Assembly (NCBI RefSeq): GCF_006345805.1
Contig: NC_042998.1
Coordinates: 16,554,001-16,618,000, forward strand
Length of the DNA: 64,000 nt
Source: Octopus sinensis
Taxonomy: Eukaryota
Direction: 5' to 3'
Positions within the stretch are counted from its first letter, which is position 1, and the number at the start of each line of letters is the position of its first letter. The position numbers were made by a program, and so were the translations under genes. Below are positions 14,145-26,779 of the stretch, piece by piece. Under the pieces are notes generated by a model. That model did not search any database, was not told where the DNA came from, and worked only from the letters and a program-made list of their open reading frames with translations.

Positions 14145-14432
14145 TGAGATCGCTAAGATGTGGCAGCTACGAGAGTCGAACGTAAGGTTTATTCCTATTG
14201 TCATCGGAGCATTGGGATTAAAAACTCAATCTGAAGAAGGATCTGAAAACCTTAGATATACCCTACCATCAAGATTTACTTAAAGAAAGTTGGCATTACT
14301 TGAAACTCCACGCACATTGCATAAAGTTTTGTCTCTCTGGAGTCTTGTTGTTACTTGATAAACAGTACAAACCCCCGGTAGACACAATATTTTCAATCAA
14401 CAACTTTACGATACTGTATTTTGTGCGACGTT
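14145..14432 (+). mobile_element. R4/Dong-like RLE LINE 3' end
   Basis: EIAKMWQLRESNVRFIPIVIGALG followed by a degraded LALLETPRTLHKVLS, a 3' UTR and (AAT)n. Confidence 0.75.
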
Positions 14433-14445
14433 CATAATGATTATG

Positions 14446-14505
<60 letters not shown>

Positions 14506-14508
<3 letters not shown>

Positions 14509-14736
14509 TATTCAGACAAATACATAACAAAAACACCAGGACTTACAAACACATATAACATACAGAAAATTGCACTACTAGGCACTGCACACATCCTACG
14601 CCGAACACTTTCCATACAATAACCATCAGAGCATCACAACAAATCACAGCACATACCCAAGGCACACAGAGCTGCGCTCGGTAGTGAAGTGAAAGCACGC
14701 TATAAAAATAAAACTACTGAATAATAATAATAATAA
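14506..14736 (+). mobile_element. R4/Dong-like RLE LINE 3' end inserted in (AAT)n
   Basis: YNIQKIALLGTAHILRRTLSIQ*, a 3' UTR and an (AAT)n tail. Confidence 0.85.
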
Positions 14737-14929
14737 TATTAATAATGATGTGAGACTGCCAAGACGAGTACACCGTTGTTAATGATAATGACACAGGTAA
14801 GATATGTGAGGAAGAGGAAGTGGGAGTGAGGTAATGCACCACGTGATGGGTAGTAGAAGTGTTCTGGTGGTCTTAAAATGTGAATTGCGAAGACATAAAG
14901 TAAAGAGAAAAATTGAAAAAGGAGGAGGT

Positions 14930-16590
14930 TCTTAACTTACCTCTTCAAATCTAAATTTAGAACTATGTCAGATTTTCATAATCCTTGATGCTTAGAAATT
15001 TCTTTCAATGATTTTAATGCCAAGCCATATATTAATGGAATGCCTTCTCTGCTGACTAATTCTAATTTTTTTCTGCCAATTTCCACATCCATGTCTTTGC
15101 TAATATGTCTTCCAGTTTGTGTTTTTAAAAAAATTCTCTCCCTTTCCGGTATTACTAAAATGTCTTTCAAGGAGAACTAATGTTTTTTTTTTTTTTTCTG
15201 TTACTATCACTAAACTCATAGTTTGCCTTTGACTTTCTTAATAATAAAGTGAGTCGTATTAAAAGTATCACCAATATTACAGGGGAGGTTGTGTCTCCCT
15301 GGAAAATGCTTCCCTTGATATTTACTCCCCCTAATGCTGTGTCACATGATGGGAGATATACTTTAAGTTGCTTCATGCTATTGTTAAGGAAATCAGTTTT
15401 GTTGTCTGCAATACGGAATATACTCAAACGTCCACTTATCCACAAATCTGCTATATTGTCATACGCCATGATATAGTTATAGTTTTCTAGATTTCACTTA
15501 TTTTTCGAAATGCTCTGTCTATGTATAATAGGTCATGTATTCCTATAGCTTTTCTTCCTACAACTTTTCTGTTCTTCTCGTAAAAAACTGACAGAAATAC
15601 TTTCTGAAAGCATCTCTGTTAACAGCTTCTACACAAATGATACTCATGATACTTCTTATACAATGGTCTAGAATTACTTGCTATATTAGACTTGCTTTTG
15701 TCTTGTATAAGAAGTACTTTTCTCTTCTAGTCATCCAATTAGGTATGTTTTCCTCATTTAGGCAATCCTAAAGCTTTTCTCTCAGTTTCTTATGCAAGTT
15801 TCTAATTTTTTAAACCAGTATCCTTGAAAGAAATCTGACCTTGAGGCCTTCCAATTCGGCATTCTTCCTAACACTATACTCCTTAATGTACTAAGAAGTT
15901 TTAGATCTGACTGCTTCTCTCTAACTACTTCAATATTCGCTTCTTTAACCGTGCTGTATCCCGATTATGTTGAACTGGCTTATCCCAAATGCCACTAATC
16001 CAGGATTTTCTAACTCCTCCTGAATTAGGGTTTTAAAACTTCATTAGTTTCTTCGACACTATTTATTTGGCTGACCCGTCTCATTCAGTCTGTTCTATTT
16101 GTACTCACCAATTCTTTTCTGATATCTAGAAACCTTACCTATTATTGCTATGATACACAATTTTAACTCGTCCATGTCTATTCCAAATTTTTTTCTCTTT
16201 GACTAAGTACTTTGTTCTCAAGGGAATGCTTAAATTTTGTGCTTCGCATCATGTCCCGTTTCCAGGCTACTATTCTACTCACATTTTGTCTGAACTTCTT
16301 CACTTTACCTTCTAATCTCTTTTTTCTACTTCCACATCTGCTCCTTCCTATTCTTACCTTGTGGAATACCTAATTTGCTACTAACTACTACCACTGTCAC
16401 AGAGATCAGTAAGTTAGTATCATATTTCTAGTCTGAAATCTACTCATAACAGAACCGTCTATTAACACCTTTTAATGCTGGCACAATTTCTATATCTTAA
16501 CTCATTATGTCCTTCATCTTGTGCATAATCTTCTAGTCTTGTTCACTTAAGTTGATGGTGCAAGTTGTCCCAACCTGATTGACAGTGCTA
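14930..16590 (-). mobile_element. Decayed R4-like LINE, RT and upstream ORF region
   Basis: AYDNIADLWI...FLNNSMKQ...GSIFQGDTTSPVILV...LLRKSKANYEF. The upstream boundary is approximate. Confidence 0.75.
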
Positions 16591-16657
16591 TTATTTTACT
16601 TTGAGACTCTCCCTCAGCTCGAACTACGTTTGTTCTTTCTTCGTTTTCAATTGTCTT

Positions 16658-16750
<93 letters not shown>

Positions 16751-17241
16751 AAAAGAGAATTTTGGAGGGTGAGAGAGAACGTTATATATGTGTGTGTGTC
16801 AAAAGAAATACATACGTACTCACCACACAACACACAGACGCAAATGCAAACTTAAACATTCATAAGTACTCCTCCTGTACTTACGCAAACACCAACATAC
16901 ATATATAGGCACCAGGTTATTAGGGGCTTTTATATATCACAAATTTACGAAGCAGTGTGAAACAACGTCAGAGAAGTCATGGAATACTCATTTATTATCA
17001 TTAATAGAATGATGAAATGATCACATTCAGGGCCATGTAGTCATTTACACACAAGGAGGTAAAATTCAGTTAAAGATATATCTTTGTAAATGTTCCTCAG
17101 ATTACCATGCTGCTCCTAAAAAATAACGTATATATATATATATATCAGAAGAAATGAGGTAATCAGAAGATCGGATGGTTTGTATTTACAGATATTTATT
17201 TATATATTACATCTTTTACATATATATCATATCACTTAGTT

Positions 17242-17280
17242 CATTAGCGCTTTCTCCCATTCTAGTGGGGTTTTCAAATA
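17242..17280 (-). ncRNA. Candidate minimal HHR (U3-A8), stem I truncated by (TA)n
   Basis: TAT|TTGAAAA|C CCCA ctagaa TGGG A|GAA|AGCGCT|A|ATG. Confidence 0.4.
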
Positions 17281-18877
17281 TATATATATATATATATATA
17301 TACATGCGTACATGCATGCACAAAGACATGCATACTCATGTATGTGTGTATGTTGTGCATCTGTGGGTATTGCAGTTAGACGCATGTAGAAGAGATGTGA
17401 AAATGTCGTTATTTCTTTACCTTCTGTTTACTTTAGACACCCATTTACTGTTTGCATTCTAAAACGTTACATATTTCTAATATTTTTTTAATCGGAAGTT
17501 GTCTATCGTCGCCGGCAAAAAAACATCTATACGTCTCAAATTTTAAGTAACTCATTTCTGTCTTACGTTTACCTATTTCTTCATTGTTCAAGTTCCCTTA
17601 GTATTACTTAGTATTATATTTGTTGGACATTTTGCCATCATTTGTCATGACATCTTAACCTAACTTTTTAGCTTAGTTTTGTTCGTAGTATTTGAACAAT
17701 TAATCTTTTTTTTTTACTCCTTTCTTTTCAAAACTGTCTTTTAGATATATAATCTGTTGTTTTATATTTCTAAAATTTCTTATAGACAAAAACAAAAAAG
17801 TATTTCCTTTTTCTTCACCATCATCTATTTATATTACTATTTCGGTATTTTCTTCCTAAAAACTTTATCTCCCGCAGAATATACATTATAGTATTTTTTT
17901 TACAGGAGGCCCCCTACTTTGTTTTATTCGTGATAAATATATTTCCGTGACAGATTTTAATTAGGTTATCCTGATTTTGTTTTACACTTTTTCCTGTCTA
18001 GTCTTGCTAATTCGATTCTTGTCATGTGAAAATATTTTACCTACAACCTCATGTGGAATCTCCAGTATTTATCCCTAATCTAGAAAACCTAGTACTGTTT
18101 TAAGCATTAATACAATGTTATAAAGTAGTAGAGAGAATTTCAATCAATTTCTCACCAACACAGTGTATGTTCACCTTTGACTTAGATAACATAGCTTTCA
18201 GCATAAAAAAAATATAAGCAGAGGCATCATTATTTTCAAAGTTCAAAACAACTAAGTAACTTTTGAAACAGAATATTGAGACGCTGCTTATAAGATCTGT
18301 TTGAATACGAGATTAATACACTTGAAAAACCATTTTTTATATTATATACCTTACACAACTAAGTTGAAATATAAATCGACAAAGCCCTTTACGTTAGTTT
18401 ATAGTTCTATTGAGCTTGTAAGCACTTAATTCGTAGTAAGCTGAAATGTTCACATAAATGGTGATAAACAAACCCACCATATATCACTCTGTAAAAAGGA
18501 AACTGTATAAGGTGGCGGAATTCACAAATGTCTATATACATAGCTCTGGTTACATATCTTTACATATATATATAGAGAAATATATATTCACATGTGACTA
18601 TCGTCCATCTTCCTTTTCCTCACGTGACGATTTTTCTTTTCCCACACTGTCGTTCAAAATAACGGACGTTTTTTCTCTCTTTTCTATGTTTTCTCTCTTC
18701 AAATACATTTCTCACAGCGTTCAATATTTCCCTCTCATTCTCGTCTAATGAACCTCCATGGTTGTTTTCGTTCGGTTTCCTTGTATGCCTCTACTGTCAT
18801 GCATGATTTCCCAAATTTGATCCTCCATACATCCTAAATTTTATTTTAGAATGTCTTTGAAGACTCATATTGTCGTT

Positions 18878-19125
18878 GAGGAAACACCAAAATGGCAGAA
18901 ATTCAAAAGATATTGCTCATGGGAACTGCCCATATAAATACTATCTATGTAATCTCAAATTTTAAAATAAACTCAAAATTTTCTTATGTTTGTCTTAAAT
19001 ACTGTGGGCAAAAACTCAATATATGGCACCTTGGGTATAACACCAACATGAACTTCTAACACGTCTCTTAAGGTCTCTTGGTGAGACTTGGAATGAGTCA
19101 ACTTGTACAAATACAAAGCAAAAGA
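18878..19125 (+). mobile_element. R4/Dong-like LINE 3' end
   Basis: TPKMAEIQKILLMGTAHI followed by a 3' UTR. Confidence 0.7.
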
Positions 19126-20227
19126 CCAGGAAGTATCATGGCGTTGACTCAGCAAGTGTGACCTAAAAAGGAATAATGAATGCCAAATTATCGCTGCCAG
19201 GATCAAGAATAGTATACAAACTCAGTGAAAAGGAATATATACCACACTGAATTCGACAGAATACATATCTTCCCTCCCCACATTCAGTTCCTCTTTCAAG
19301 TATAACTTGAAAAACTTCAGATATTAGTCAACCATTTCATTACATATACTTATGATTCGTCAGCCTTTTTAATTACAAACAACTCACAATCTCGCAAACG
19401 GGAAGAGAAAAAGATTCCTGCCCTTAGCAGGGAGAGTAATCTTATAGAGCGATCATAGCAATTTTGAGGACAAGCTATAGCAAATATTCAATATAATTCT
19501 ACGTATCAGCAATGATCAGGGGTTAGATGACAGCGTAGAGAAAGGCCTTCTCTTTCAGTATGCACCTCAATAACGCCAGGCAGACGGTAAATACATGAAT
19601 GTAGAGTTTATCACCGACAAAGCCAAGCCGACGGGAACACTGCTTGTCTATGCATTTCTGAAAGTTTTCCGTTAGCCTTGGATTGCAAATCTTACTGAGA
19701 GGTACTGGCTGTTCGAGTTATACTTTCTTCAGGAACGTCATCGATTTCGTCCATTATAAATCGTACGTACATCTCCATAAAGGACATCGTTCGGTACCAG
19801 TCCAATTGTTCGAGTTATAGGAGGAAATTTCCAAGTCTCTTCATCCTACTTCTCCTAAACCTAAATCCACATATTTTAGCGTGCATATATGGCGTTTTCA
19901 TTACCAGTAACACTAAATACCCAGCCCTTCTTTTGAAGAACACTAAGATTCTTGAAGAAATCTGGCTGTCTGACCCACTGTCGGAGCGAATTCGTTTATT
20001 ATGCTGAAGGTATAGCCCACGCTGTCGTCATCTCCAGTGCCACCAATATACCTTGAGATTTTAGGAAACTGATGCATATAGTCAGATACAAATTCATCCC
20101 AAACAAATCAACCTCTTCACCGCTCACTGTCGACAAACATGGAATTTTCCCACTTGGAGACGTCGAAATTGAGCAGTAAACATATGACCCGAAAGTTCCG
20201 GTCTCTTTCACTACAGTTTACGTGCAT

Positions 20228-20655
20228 TTTACTCTTTACTATTTTACTCTTTTACTTGTTTCAGTCATTTGACTGCGGCCATGCTGGGGCACCGCCTTTA
20301 ATCGAGCAAATCGAACCCGGGACTTATTCTTTTGTAAGCCCAGTACTTATTCTATCGGTCTCTTTTGCCAAACCGCTTGGTGACGGGGACGACGTAAACA
20401 CACCAGCATCGGTTGTCAAGCAATGCTAGAGGGACAAACACAGACACACAAACACACGCACACAAACACACACACATATATATACATATATACGACAGGT
20501 TTCTTTCAGTTTCCGTCTACCAAATCCACTCACAAAGCATTGGTAGGCCTGGGGCTATAGCAGAAGACACTTGCTCAAGATGCCACGCAGTGGGAGTGAA
20601 CCCGGAACCATGTGGTTGGTTAGCAAGCTACTCACCACACAGCCACTCCTGCGCC
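20228..20655 (-). mobile_element. tRNA-derived SINE, family A
   Basis: Full-length homologue of 31797-32209. Confidence 0.92.
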
Positions 20656-20800
20656 TATTTAACTCGCTATTTTGAGAAAAGGTAATTGTGGAAGTACATT
20701 GTTACGGTTAGTTACTGGATTCAACACTAGTAAGTTCATGTATTAACGTTTTGCCTGTTTAACCCTCGAACATTTCTCAAGATGATTATTTCCAGAATAA

Positions 20801-21108
20801 AGCCTTGTGAGTGGATTTGGTAGACGGAAACTGAAAGAAGCCTGTCGTATATATGTATATATATATATATGTATGTGCGTGTATGTTTGTGTGTCTGTGT
20901 TTGTCCCCCTAGCATTGCTTGACAACCGATGCTGGTGTGTTTATGTCCCCGTCACTTAGCCCTTCGGCAAAAGAGACCGATAGAATAAGTACTGGGCTTA
21001 CAAAAGAATAAGTCCCGGGGTCGAGTTGCTCGATTAAAGGCGGTGCTCCAGCATGGCCGCAGTCAAAATGACTGAAACAAGTAAAAAGAGAAAAAGAGAG
21101 AAAGAGAG
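20801..21108 (+). mobile_element. SINE family A, 5'-truncated
   Basis: Begins at gccttgtgagtggatttgg and runs to the (AGAG) tail. Confidence 0.9.
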
Positions 21109-21731
21109 TTTATGTTACATTTTAAGATTATTTTATGTGTAGTGAAAGATTATCTGTAGGTGTAACGGAGTAGTTTTGTATAATATGTGACTGATGAATT
21201 CTTGTTATGGTTAAATAGTTTCCGATGTTTTCGTTGCAGTGCGTGTTGATAACTTGGGTGTAGATTGGGCTTTCTTAACTGTAGCGTTTCCAGTGATCTT
21301 TTTTTGCAATGGTGGTTTTTGTGGTGTGGTACAATTGGTGTCAGTATTCTACTTTCTTCAATACTCTTCAATCCCAGCACCCTAGCTTATTGTGATATTA
21401 TGTTTGTGGTGACGATTCACTTTTTCCTATTCTTTCGTTGCAGAAAATTTACGAGAAGTGGAGTCTGAATATGAAAGTGATTTTTCTACATGTAATAATG
21501 AGATGTAGTCAAAGGTTCATTTGTAAACTTTGATGATGTAATTTCTGCTTCTGAAATTGTGTCTTCTGAGTTCTATTGATATTTTCATTGCTGTTGCTGC
21601 TGTTGTTTTTTGTATTGCAGTCTTCGTTGTTGTTGTGTTGATTTTGTGCCTATTGCCTATATTACTCCTATGGTTCTTGTGTCCTCTGTTGTTACGATCC
21701 TTGCTAGGATGTTTGCATTTTGTTAGTCTTC

Positions 21732-21904
21732 AGATTAAGTCGATTACATCGGCCCAGTGCGTCACTGGTACCTACTTTATCGACCCCGAAAGGATGAAAA
21801 ACAAAATCGACCTCGGCGGAATTTGAACTCAGAACGTAACGGCAGACGAAATACCGCGCTAAGCATTTTGCCGGGCATACCAACGCTTCTGCCAGCTCAC
21901 CGCT
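21732..21904 (-). mobile_element. tRNA-derived SINE, family B (Meta-domain-like core)
   Basis: Minus strand GTTCTGAGTTCAAATTCCGCCGAGGTCGA..TTTCATCCTTTCGGGGTCGATAAA. Confidence 0.85.
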
Positions 21905-22121
21905 TAATAAGACTTTTAATTGTTACTAGTTGAACAAACTAGTAATAGTAATGTCCCTAGATTGAAAAATAGACTAAGGAGCTGCCATCAAGCTTCTGGC
22001 TGTGTATTCTCTACCGCATTCATTGAATCATTTGTAGTATTCCTGGGAATTCATCTGGAACATTAGTTTGTATACCCGTTTACATTGTGTTACTGATAGT
22101 ATAAATCATCGTTGCGTCAGT

Positions 22122-22167
22122 ATCATCGTCATCTTCATCGACAACCAAGTCATCATCATCATCACCG

Positions 22168-22209
<42 letters not shown>

Positions 22210-22241
22210 CCATCATCATCACCACCCTCATCATCGCCATC

Positions 22242-22272
<31 letters not shown>

Positions 22273-22328
22273 GCATCATCATCATCACCACCATCATCAT
22301 CACCACCATCATCATCACCATCATCATC

Positions 22329-22359
<31 letters not shown>

Positions 22360-22393
22360 CCATCATCAAGGCCACCATCATCATCACCATCAA

Positions 22394-22427
<34 letters not shown>

Positions 22428-22526
22428 GTCATAATCATCATCGTCATCGTCATCATCATCATCATCGTCATCATCATCATCACCACCATCATCGCCACCA
22501 TCATCACCATCATCATCATCATCATC

Positions 22527-22560
<34 letters not shown>

Positions 22561-22600
22561 TCATCGCTACCATCATCATCATCGTCGCCATCATCATCAC

Positions 22601-22632
<32 letters not shown>

Positions 22633-22657
22633 CGCCATCATCACCATCATCATCATC
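22122..22657. repeat. ~535-bp imperfect (CAT)n array
   Basis: Read directly; interspersed CAC/CGT/CGC/CAG variant triplets. Confidence 0.97.
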
Positions 22658-24266
22658 TTACTCTTCATTCTTAAATGCATGTAACCTGATAACGATGCAC
22701 TCCTAATATCTAGGTAACATTTTGTGTCATTGTAGTAAGATAATGATAGTGTTACACGCATGTTTGTGATTCTGAATGCTGCTTCTATTTGTGTTCAACT
22801 TAGTTTTCATTTAGAAATTAGATACATTTTATGTTACAGTAATTTGTAATTTGTGCTGTTTGAATGGAAAATATTTAAGGGAGATTGAGAATGATGTGTC
22901 CAGTAGATGCGGCTACCGTTTGCGTTGTATCTTAAGACCTGTGCCACCTGTTGAAGTTATTCCGTTATTGTTAATCGTATGTTTCATCATACGCTCTGCC
23001 TCAAGTATGATGAGTGCGTATTTGCAATAATTTATCGTTGTACATTCTGGGATGGAAATATTTAATATTGACTATTCAATCGCATGAAACTTCTGCTTCA
23101 ACCGTTGATAATATCGTATTAATAGGAAAATTTATCATTGCCATTATTCATAAATCCGTCTCTGCTATCTACGCCTCCTTTCCCATCCTTATTATCATTA
23201 TCAAACTTAAGAGAAGAGGGGACGCCTGCAATTAACGGCAATAGTAAAAACAAGACTTTATCTCCACCTCAAACACATCATTCTAATTATAGATATAATC
23301 ATCTCTATCATTTCTATTATTTTTTTATATTTTGAATAACAGAAATTTACATAAAACCAGTTGCATCGAAATTGCTTATATTTTTTCTAGTTGATAATAT
23401 AATGAATTATGAAAATACTATTTCTAGCTGAAAAGTTACCTTGTACATTTTAAACATTTGCATTTCCGTTTCCTAAATAATTGTTAAGGAATTTTATGTA
23501 TCATAAGAATTCCACAAAATTGCACTTCAAATTGTTTTTTATTACCGTGTAAACAAGAGCAGGGGGTAGAGACCAGTTAAACTTAAGGACGCCACGGAAA
23601 AATATTATTGAAACATTAAACATTTAATTCACAAAAGTATTGAATCAGAGAGAATATTTCTCATAAGCTTTCTTTATAAACGAGCTATGTTCTCCACGTT
23701 AGTAACGTATATGTGTATACATAAGTAAAAATTCTTTCTGATATATATGCATATTTCCATTTTTGAGAGAAAAACTGACAACCAAATAAAATATTAACTT
23801 TGGAAGGAAATAAACACAGCATTAACCATAATTTTAAGATTTTCTGTGTTAGTTTAAAGGCTGATGTAAAATGTAACGAATTCCATAGAGAAATATCATA
23901 TATCAATTGGTAAATATACATGTAATTTGAGGTTAACGCAAATATTAATTTCATCCATCCATTTTCAAAAGCCAACTCCAATGAAACAATTTTAAAATAT
24001 ATCAACATTCTGGGAATAAGTTTCAATATCATAGTTTTAATATCAGTGTGTATGTGTGTAATTGTGTATGCTGATGGCCCGTTTGTGCACATGTAAATAT
24101 GTATGCAAGCACTGTTTGTATACACACATATATATATATATATATTTATAGGTGTATATATATGTATTATTTCTATATATATGTATTATACATACATATA
24201 TATATGTATATACATATAGATGAAAATAAACAGATAAATAATTATATATGTGTATCTATCTATCTA

Positions 24267-24302
<36 letters not shown>

Positions 24303-24463
24303 TACATACATGTATATCTGTGTGTGCATATATATTTAAATATTAAATAGATGCTTATATGTACATACATATACGTGCATCTGTATAAAATATGAATATA
24401 AACACATATACATATATATAGATAGATAGATATGTCTGTATGCACGTATATGTAGGTAGATAT

Positions 24464-24518
<55 letters not shown>

Positions 24519-24537
24519 TATACACACATACACACGC

Positions 24538-24601
<64 letters not shown>

Positions 24602-25431
24602 TTTCATGTTTATGTACACACACATATACACATATGTGTGAACGTTGGTATATGTGTGTTCGCCTAGAGAAAGAGAGGTTAAGATATGAAATTTCCTGCA
24701 ACGTAATATCCAAAATATATTATTGCACATTATCTCTTCAATATCAATACTTATGTGAGAAGGAGGGGATCAATGAATCACATTTCGCATGCATTCGCAG
24801 ATATAAAAGCCACGTTTGTTTATAAATAAACAAACATACATTTTTTTTTAAAGTTTAATGTATGAACGTAAATAGAAAATGACATTTCGTTTGTAATTAT
24901 TGATCTTTTAAAGAATTTTAGTCCCAATTCCTGCATGAAACTGAAATAAGTTATATTTTTATATAATATTTGAAAGGGATGTTGCTGTGGGTTTTTCTTG
25001 CATTTTCCTTTTGGATATTTTTTAAAAATAAAAAAATACCACATGCATTCAGAGGGGGCTAACGTATAAACGAAGATACGATCATGTGAATTGAATAATT
25101 TAATTTATAATATCCTATTCAATTCTGTATATATAGCTATCGATGAAGAAATAAAAGCAGACAAATGAAACATACACATTTTAAAAAATTGCATCGCTAA
25201 ATTTGAAGCAAACCTATACCCAATATTGCGAGAGAAATGTGATACAATGTATACACTTAATACGTGATACATCTATTTATTTATGATTCAACGTTCAGAT
25301 ATTTTCTATATTTCTAAATAAAAATTTGGGCTTTGTAGAGACATATAAATAACTACACACCACAAAGATACATACATGAATAGATAACATACACACTCTC
25401 ACACACACACTTTCATACATGGAGAATATAT

Positions 25432-25657
25432 ATTTCTTTACCACCCACAAGGGGCTAAACACAGAAAGGACAAACAAGGACAGACAAACGGATTTAAGTC
25501 GATTATATCGACCGCAAAGCGTAACTGGTACTTATTTAAGCGACCACGAAAGGATGAAAGGCAAAGTCGGCGGAATTTGAACTCAGAACGCAACGGCAGG
25601 CGAAATACGGCTACGCATTTTGCTCGGCGTGCTAACGATTCTGCCAGCTCGCCGCCC
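25432..25657 (-). mobile_element. SINE family B
   Basis: Homologous to 62708-62938. Confidence 0.88.
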
Positions 25658-26589
25658 TCTTTCATACACAGATAATATATACACATGAATGGATACGTAC
25701 ATGCAAACACGAATATGTATAGCGTTTGTAACGGAAATAGTAAGAAACAAAGATTGATAAATGCGCAGAGCACTATGATAAAGTGAAAACTGTAGTAAGT
25801 ATCGAGTTATATTTAATTTGAGTATTGTAAAGATATATTTCCTGGGTAATATTTGTCCATTTCATTGATTTTAACGATGAAAAAGCCCACATTTCGGGCA
25901 AAAATATTCGTGGGAGTCTATCATGCATGTGTAGGATATTTATAACATCCCGCATATCTCATGCATCCGCTTCAAAGACGGTAAGGTGAATTTTAGGGAA
26001 ACTTAACACAAATTATAACAGATTGAATAACACAAAATACATCTGAAGACCTGGTTTCAGAGAGAATGATACGTTTATCATTTGGTTCTATAGTGCAAAA
26101 TCATAGTTGGTGAGATTTAACCGTCTTTTAATAAAAAAAAGAATGACGAAATATTTATTAGGTGGTTATGCTTTTTTTTTGTAGATTTTGAGTGGGTCTC
26201 AGAATTCAATTACATTGTGCATACATGACACAGCACAGGCAAGAAGCAATGCTTGCGAATACCGAGTACGGTTATATCAGTAAACACGCACGTATTTAAT
26301 TCGGAAAGAAAATTTACCATTTATCATATTCTCTGTTCCGTTGTGATATGAGAGGACTACGATTCTTCTTAATAAGACACTTTTCGTCTTTCAATATTCC
26401 GGAATAAAATTTTTTCCCAGCCCGTCTCTATCTCACCATCTTACGTGTATTTATTCACCTTTCAGACAGTTTTAATGCCCGAATGATCAAGTGGAGCATA
26501 GACCTGGCATTTAAGCATAAAAGTATCACATTATTGCGTGAAACTAGGTTTTACGTCATGTCTATGCGGCTGAACATTATAAACATTAT

Positions 26590-26629
<40 letters not shown>

Positions 26630-26676
26630 GTGTCTGTCTTTGTATCCTCTGCATATGTTTATGTATGTATGTATGT

Positions 26677-26779
<103 letters not shown>

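Noticed and set aside
16940-16985. GAAAC-AAC-GTC-AGAGAAG
   Set aside because: No recognisable CUGANGA-type core.
19325-19372. CTGACGA...GAAA on the minus strand
   Set aside because: Stem I does not pair.
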